Below, one piece after another: positions 59,429 to 64,000 of a stretch of DNA of 64,000 nucleotides. This DNA comes from Chthonomonadaceae bacterium (lineage in GTDB: Bacteria; Armatimonadota; Chthonomonadetes; Chthonomonadales; Chthonomonadaceae), in the NCBI GenBank assembly GCA_035650735.1, contig DASRGZ010000059.1, forward strand, positions 1 through 64,000, given 5' to 3'. Numbering within the stretch: the first letter of the stretch is position 1; each line of letters starts with the position of its first letter. The position numbers and the translations under genes are program-made. A model generated the notes under the pieces. It was given only the letters and a program-made list of their open reading frames with translations. It ran no database searches and was not told the DNA's origin.

Positions 59429-60808
59429 TCATCTCACCGCTCCTTTCGTTGGGCCTGATAGGATTCCTTCCCGCTCTAGGGCTTTCTCACAGGGCTCTAC
59501 CGTTTTGCCGCCGTCGAGCATGATCGCGACGAGCATATCGCTCATGACATTGACCCCGGAGCGGCACCGGGCGATGATCCAGTCCACGGGCAGGAGCAAC
59601 GGCAGGGCGGCCACGATGATGGATTCGGGCAAGCCCGCCGCGCCCAGCACCAACGGCAGGACGATCAGTCCCGCTTCGGGAACGCCCGCGACCCCTGCGC
59701 CTGCCATGATGGCGGCCAGAACGACGGTGATCTGCTGCGCCACTCCCAGGTCACGGCCAATGGCCTGTGCCAGAAACAGGGCGGCCATGGCCTCATAGAG
59801 CGTGATGCCATCGTTATTCAGATTGGTTCCGACGCAAGCTGCCAGGCGCGCTGACGCCTCGGAGACGCCCATCTTCTTCAGACAGCGCAGCGTCACCGGA
59901 ACCGTCGCTAAGCTGCTGTTGGTGGACAACCCGGTGAGGATGGCATCCAGGCCCTTGTCCAGGTACGTGCGCGGGGACTTCTTTCCGACGACCCACGCGG
60001 CCAGGGGATAGTAGAACAGCGCGTGCACCGCCAGCCCCAACAGCATCACCGCCAGAAACACCCACAGGATCTTGAACACGCCCAGTCCAACGCTGCCGAC
60101 CACCTGCGCCACGACCCCGAGCACGGCCAGGGGGACCGCCAGCACCACCCACTCTAGCATCTGGAGCAAAATATGGTAGACCGCTTCGATGAACTTTTCC
60201 ACCGTCCGGAGGCTATCCAGGCCCTCCTCGCGCTGCCGCTCCTGCACGCGGCGCAGGGCGGCCCCGGCCAGGAGCCCGATCAGCACGACGGTGATGATGT
60301 TGTTGTAGAGAAGCGGCTTCATGAGGCTGCTCGGGACGTAGTAGGAGACGTTTTCCAGGAAATCTAGGGTGGCTGCCGGCGCCTCGGGGTCGTCCACCTT
60401 CCTGTCCTTCATCTGAGGATTGCCTAGCTCGGTGCGGATCTGATCCAGATGGCCGCGCCACCGGACGCCGGGCTTGAGGGTGTTCATCAGCAGCAGTCCG
60501 ATGCACATAGCGACCGAGACATTGACCAGGCAGATCAGGACCAGCTTGCCGCCGCGCCGCGCCGAGATGCGGGTGCGGGCGAAAGCGTCCAGAATGGCGA
60601 ACAGCACCAGCGGCACGGCCAGCGTGCGTAATAGCTTGATCACCAGCATCCCCAACCGACCCAGGTGCTCGTTCTTGATGCCCAAAGCGATAACGTCCTT
60701 GCCGAAGATCGCCCCTAAGCCTGCGCCCAGAAACACGCCGATCAGGACCCGCACGTAGAGCGGGACGCTGATGCGCTTGCCCGCCGGTTTCTCGCAGAGC
60801 TCCATCAT
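59429..60808 (-). CDS. Dicarboxylate/amino acid:cation symporter (DAACS)
   Basis: STNSSLATVP, NLNNDG, AGVPEAG, VDWIIARCRSGVNVMSD. Confidence 0.92.
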   Translation of the reverse strand: MMELCEKPAGKRISVPLYVRVLIGVFLGAGLGAIFGKDVIALGIKNEHLGRLGMLVIKLLRTLAVPLVLFAILDAFARTRISARRGGKLVLICLVNVSVAMCIGLLLMNTLKPGVRWRGHLDQIRTELGNPQMKDRKVDDPEAPAATLDFLENVSYYVPSSLMKPLLYNNIITVVLIGLLAGAALRRVQERQREEGLDSLRTVEKFIEAVYHILLQMLEWVVLAVPLAVLGVVAQVVGSVGLGVFKILWVFLAVMLLGLAVHALFYYPLAAWVVGKKSPRTYLDKGLDAILTGLSTNSSLATVPVTLRCLKKMGVSEASARLAACVGTNLNNDGITLYEAMAALFLAQAIGRDLGVAQQITVVLAAIMAGAGVAGVPEAGLIVLPLVLGAAGLPESIIVAALPLLLPVDWIIARCRSGVNVMSDMLVAIMLDGGKTVEPCEKALEREGILSGPTKGAVR

Positions 60809-61097
60809 GGTCGTCTCTCCTTTTCCCAAGCACTTCGTTTCATGGCAGGGGCCAAGTTCTATGGCCGCCGGGTTGGTCTGTTCCGCTTTTTGTGGGTGCC
60901 TCTCCCCAAGAAGGGGGACACCGCGTGCTCTTGTCAGCAGGGCGCATTGCGCGTATAATATGTCCGCAAGGGAGCGGCGTGCCTCTCTGGAAGCCATTAT
61001 AAGAGGAAGTGCGCGGGAAACAAGGGCATGATAAGCCGTTTTAGCTAACTCGTCTTCTCGTAGCTTATCGTGCGGCCTGGAGAGGGTACGAGGAGGA

Positions 61098-62801
61098 ATG
61101 CGCATGGAAGCACAGGACCCGTGCCAGAGCCGGCAGCGGGGCGGCAGTGTAGTTCCCGGTCCCGAGGTGGTCGAAGCCATCCATCTCTGGCTGGGCCAGA
61201 AGCGGGAGGATGGGCGGCAGCGCACACGGATGGATCTGGCTCTCCTTTCGGGATTAGGCGAGTCGACTATCAAGAAGATCCTCAACCGCGAACCGGTCCG
61301 GCTGGAGACGCTTCATCGTGTGTGCGAGACGGTAGATTTTAAGCTAAGACCAAAGCACTACGCAAAGGTCCTGGTTCCCCCGGACGATCCACCTCATGAG
61401 ACCACCGAGCAAGCCTTCGGTGCCCACGGCCAAGAAGAGGTTCCTGGAGCGGCAGAGAATACGGCCCCGCCGCTCCCGCCGAAGGCATCGAACGCCGGCC
61501 CTGCGGCTTTGCCTTCGCGCCGTGCCTTCTTGCTGACTTCGATGGGCGTCGGGGGTCTGGCTTTCGGTGGCGGGTATTTGGCGGCGCGCCTCGACATTCC
61601 TGACGAGTACGAGCAGCAGACTCAGAAGGCCCATTTTATAATGGGAGAGCGCAGCGAGGCGGCCATTCGTGAGGCCGGGGAACTCTATGAGGCGGCCCGG
61701 CAGCGTGAGCCGAAACGTCCCCAAGCCTACCTGGGGCTCGCCACCTCTCTCAGTCTTTTGCGCTACTACGGTTATGAGCCCAACTACCACTACGACCCGG
61801 CTAGCGGGCGCAAAAGCAGCATCGCTCTAGAGGCGGATAAGGTAGGCTCCTGGCTGCGGAAGGCGGAACAGTACAGCCGTAACGATGAACTGGCCCTGTG
61901 TCAATTCTATACGTTACGCGCCTGGGTGAACCTGCTGCGTTGGGAGATGAATAATAGCGGCAGTGACTTCGATATCGCTCTCCTTCATGAGAACAACTTG
62001 CCCGCCCGCGACCCGCACAGCCCAGCCTCCCAGTATGCGACCCTGCATCAATGGTACTCGCTCTTTTTGATCATTAAAAATCAGCGCACCAGCGACTTTT
62101 ACGAGAGCTTTACCGAGATTGGCCGCGCGGAAGGGATCGCGCCAAAGGAGCCGGTCATCCCCAAAAGCCTGGCGCAACGGTTCTACTATGCGAAGGCGTA
62201 CGAAACCGCCCTCAAAAAGCTGAGCGCTTTAGTTGGAAAGGAGGCCGACAATCCTTTGGTTCATTACTGGCTGGGGCTGGCCTATGAGCAGCTGGCCCTT
62301 CAGCACCGCCACAGCCTGCCGGAGAACCGGAAAACAGAGCAAGACTATTTCACGCAGGCTCGCAATCATCTCGCTTATGCCAGTAATGCGAACCAATTCG
62401 GGCATGAAGACTATAATATGCTGGGCGCCTATATCCACGCTTGCGCGATCTCAGGCGATCTTAAGACCGCTCAGCCGCAATGGGATAACCTGAAAAGCCG
62501 GCGCGAGGCATGGACGACCTGGGAAGCGCAGGGGCAGAAGGTTGCCCCGCCCCCCAGCTATGTTTCACCGGCTGCACTCTCCATTGCCGCCATCGGTCTC
62601 TATGACGCAACCCATCAGCCGACCTGGCGGGATAAAGCATTCGATTATTTACGAGATAAAGCCTTGGGTTATTTAGAAGATGCTGAGCAGGAGTATTGTA
62701 GCGATATGCTGTTCCTGTCACTGGAACCACGCTACGAGAGTCTGCGTAAGGAGCCCCGCTTCGTGCAGCTTCAAAACCGAATGAGTCGTGTCTGGGCCTG
62801 A
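61098..62801 (+). CDS. Membrane-anchored regulator: XRE-type HTH, TM segment, TPR domain
   Basis: TRMDLALLSGLGESTIKKILNREPVRLETLHRV; hydrophobic segment after SRRAFL; TPR repeats; terminal EPRYESLRKEPRFVQL. Confidence 0.72.
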   Translation: MRMEAQDPCQSRQRGGSVVPGPEVVEAIHLWLGQKREDGRQRTRMDLALLSGLGESTIKKILNREPVRLETLHRVCETVDFKLRPKHYAKVLVPPDDPPHETTEQAFGAHGQEEVPGAAENTAPPLPPKASNAGPAALPSRRAFLLTSMGVGGLAFGGGYLAARLDIPDEYEQQTQKAHFIMGERSEAAIREAGELYEAARQREPKRPQAYLGLATSLSLLRYYGYEPNYHYDPASGRKSSIALEADKVGSWLRKAEQYSRNDELALCQFYTLRAWVNLLRWEMNNSGSDFDIALLHENNLPARDPHSPASQYATLHQWYSLFLIIKNQRTSDFYESFTEIGRAEGIAPKEPVIPKSLAQRFYYAKAYETALKKLSALVGKEADNPLVHYWLGLAYEQLALQHRHSLPENRKTEQDYFTQARNHLAYASNANQFGHEDYNMLGAYIHACAISGDLKTAQPQWDNLKSRREAWTTWEAQGQKVAPPPSYVSPAALSIAAIGLYDATHQPTWRDKAFDYLRDKALGYLEDAEQEYCSDMLFLSLEPRYESLRKEPRFVQLQNRMSRVWA

Positions 62802-62924
62802 AATAGCCCTTGAAAAGCCGGACGGTTACGACAGTGCGGTTGACAGCAAAGAGGCTAGTTTTGGGAAGGGTAAGGTACTCTATTGGCTTAAAATTGCAGA
62901 TACGGAGAATTGTTAGGAGGAGCT

Positions 62925-63857
62925 ATGGCAACCCACCACTTTACCCCCGAACGCTACTATACCGCGATGGGAACCTATGAGTCCGTGCTGCGGATCGCCG
63001 ACGGTGATACGGTCTTCACCACGACGGTAGACGCAGGCGGACAGGACGCCTCCGGCAAGAAGGTCACCCCAGGCGGAAACCCGCAGACGGGGCCTTTCTA
63101 CATCGAAGGCGCGGAACCGGGCGATATGTTGGCCGTCCATTTCGACCGGCTCTGGCCCAATCGGCGGATCGGATATACCTCTACCCAACTGGCTTCGAAC
63201 GTCGTCGATCCCTGGCACGTCTTTGAGTTCAGCCGCGAACCGCCGATGGCCGCATGGGAGCTTGACCTGGAACGGGGCACGGCCACGCTGGCCAAGCCGG
63301 AAACAAAGCTCGGACGGCTGACGCTGCCCCTGCGTCCGATGCTGGGCTGCTTCGGGGTGGCCCCGCCCGGCGGCCAGGCGATCTCGACAGCTACCTCCGC
63401 CACGCACGGCGGCAATATGGACTACAAAGGCTTCGAGCAGGGCGTGACCGTCTACTTCCCCGTCTTTGTCGAAGGCGCGCTGCTGTTTGTAGGGGATGGG
63501 CACGCCATCCAGGGCGACGGCGAGATCGTGGGAACGGGCATCGAGGTTTCCTTCGATGTCCAGTTTACGGTGAAGCTGCGGAAAGGCAAGCGCATCCACT
63601 GGCCGCGCGCCGAAAATGCTACACACATCATTGCCGTCGGCAACGCCCGCCCGCTGGATCAGGCGCTTCAACATGCCACCTCGGAGATGGTGCGCTGGCT
63701 TGAGGACGACTACGGCCTGGACCCGGTCGGCACGCATACACTGCTGGGGCAGTGCGTGGAATACGAAGTCGGCAACGTTTTCGACCCGGCCTACACGATG
63801 GTGTGCAAGGTCTCCAAAAAGCTGCTGGAGCAGATCGGGGCCAACGCCGCACCCTAG
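62925..63857 (+). CDS. Acetamidase/formamidase-family protein
   Basis: NPQTGPFYIEGAEPGD, GGNMDY, GDGHAIQGDGE. Confidence 0.92.
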   Translation: MATHHFTPERYYTAMGTYESVLRIADGDTVFTTTVDAGGQDASGKKVTPGGNPQTGPFYIEGAEPGDMLAVHFDRLWPNRRIGYTSTQLASNVVDPWHVFEFSREPPMAAWELDLERGTATLAKPETKLGRLTLPLRPMLGCFGVAPPGGQAISTATSATHGGNMDYKGFEQGVTVYFPVFVEGALLFVGDGHAIQGDGEIVGTGIEVSFDVQFTVKLRKGKRIHWPRAENATHIIAVGNARPLDQALQHATSEMVRWLEDDYGLDPVGTHTLLGQCVEYEVGNVFDPAYTMVCKVSKKLLEQIGANAAP

Positions 63858-64000
63858 CCCCTCAGCCGGTTTGCGGGAGGACGGCGGTACCTCGCCCTCC
63901 TCTTTTTCTATAGCCTCAAATCCATCCAAAGTCCGATACCGTCGCCAGATTTTGCCCGTCTTATCCTTACCTGCGACGATGGCAGCGTCCTTCGGCGCCC

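Noticed and set aside
60809..61285. Long N-terminal extensions in the ORF track (DAACS from 61285; likewise APH from 37058, DUF58 from 9904, acs from 28985)
   Set aside because: Downstream starts have RBSs or match family N-termini, and several extensions overlap neighbouring genes.

Overview
GC-rich bacterial chromosomal window. The gene repertoire (PEP-CTERM protein, many WD40/HEAT/HTH_17 proteins, actinobacterial-type Sdh1) suggests Armatimonadota; this is inference only. Housekeeping and metabolic genes include acs, class I aldolase, uvrC, a LysR-linked sdh operon, smc, pspA, a DAACS transporter with a Tat-exported flavin amine oxidase, and an amidase. A NotI-family restriction endonuclease and a Dam-like methylase sit together in a lower-GC stretch. 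Highlights: (1) an apparent operon at 10120-18467 encoding DUF58, a beta-propeller/TPR protein and five tandem paralogous HEAT-repeat proteins that all end in a triple 'LLRP' tail; (2) a SigB/F-type sigma factor fused to a catalytically degenerate GGDEF domain that keeps its c-di-GMP-binding RxxD site, divergent from a Vipp1-like pspA and an HPD-less J-domain gene; (3) two copies of an ~81-bp IS1-like MITE with 8-bp target duplications inside one aspartic-protease pseudogene; (4) a 75-bp-period CRISPR-like repeat that is also an in-frame continuation past an amber stop; (5) candidate structured RNAs and several palindromic repeat families, some in frame inside genes. No rRNA, tRNA, cas genes or intact transposase were recognised. 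All family assignments come from motif recognition by eye, not from database searches.
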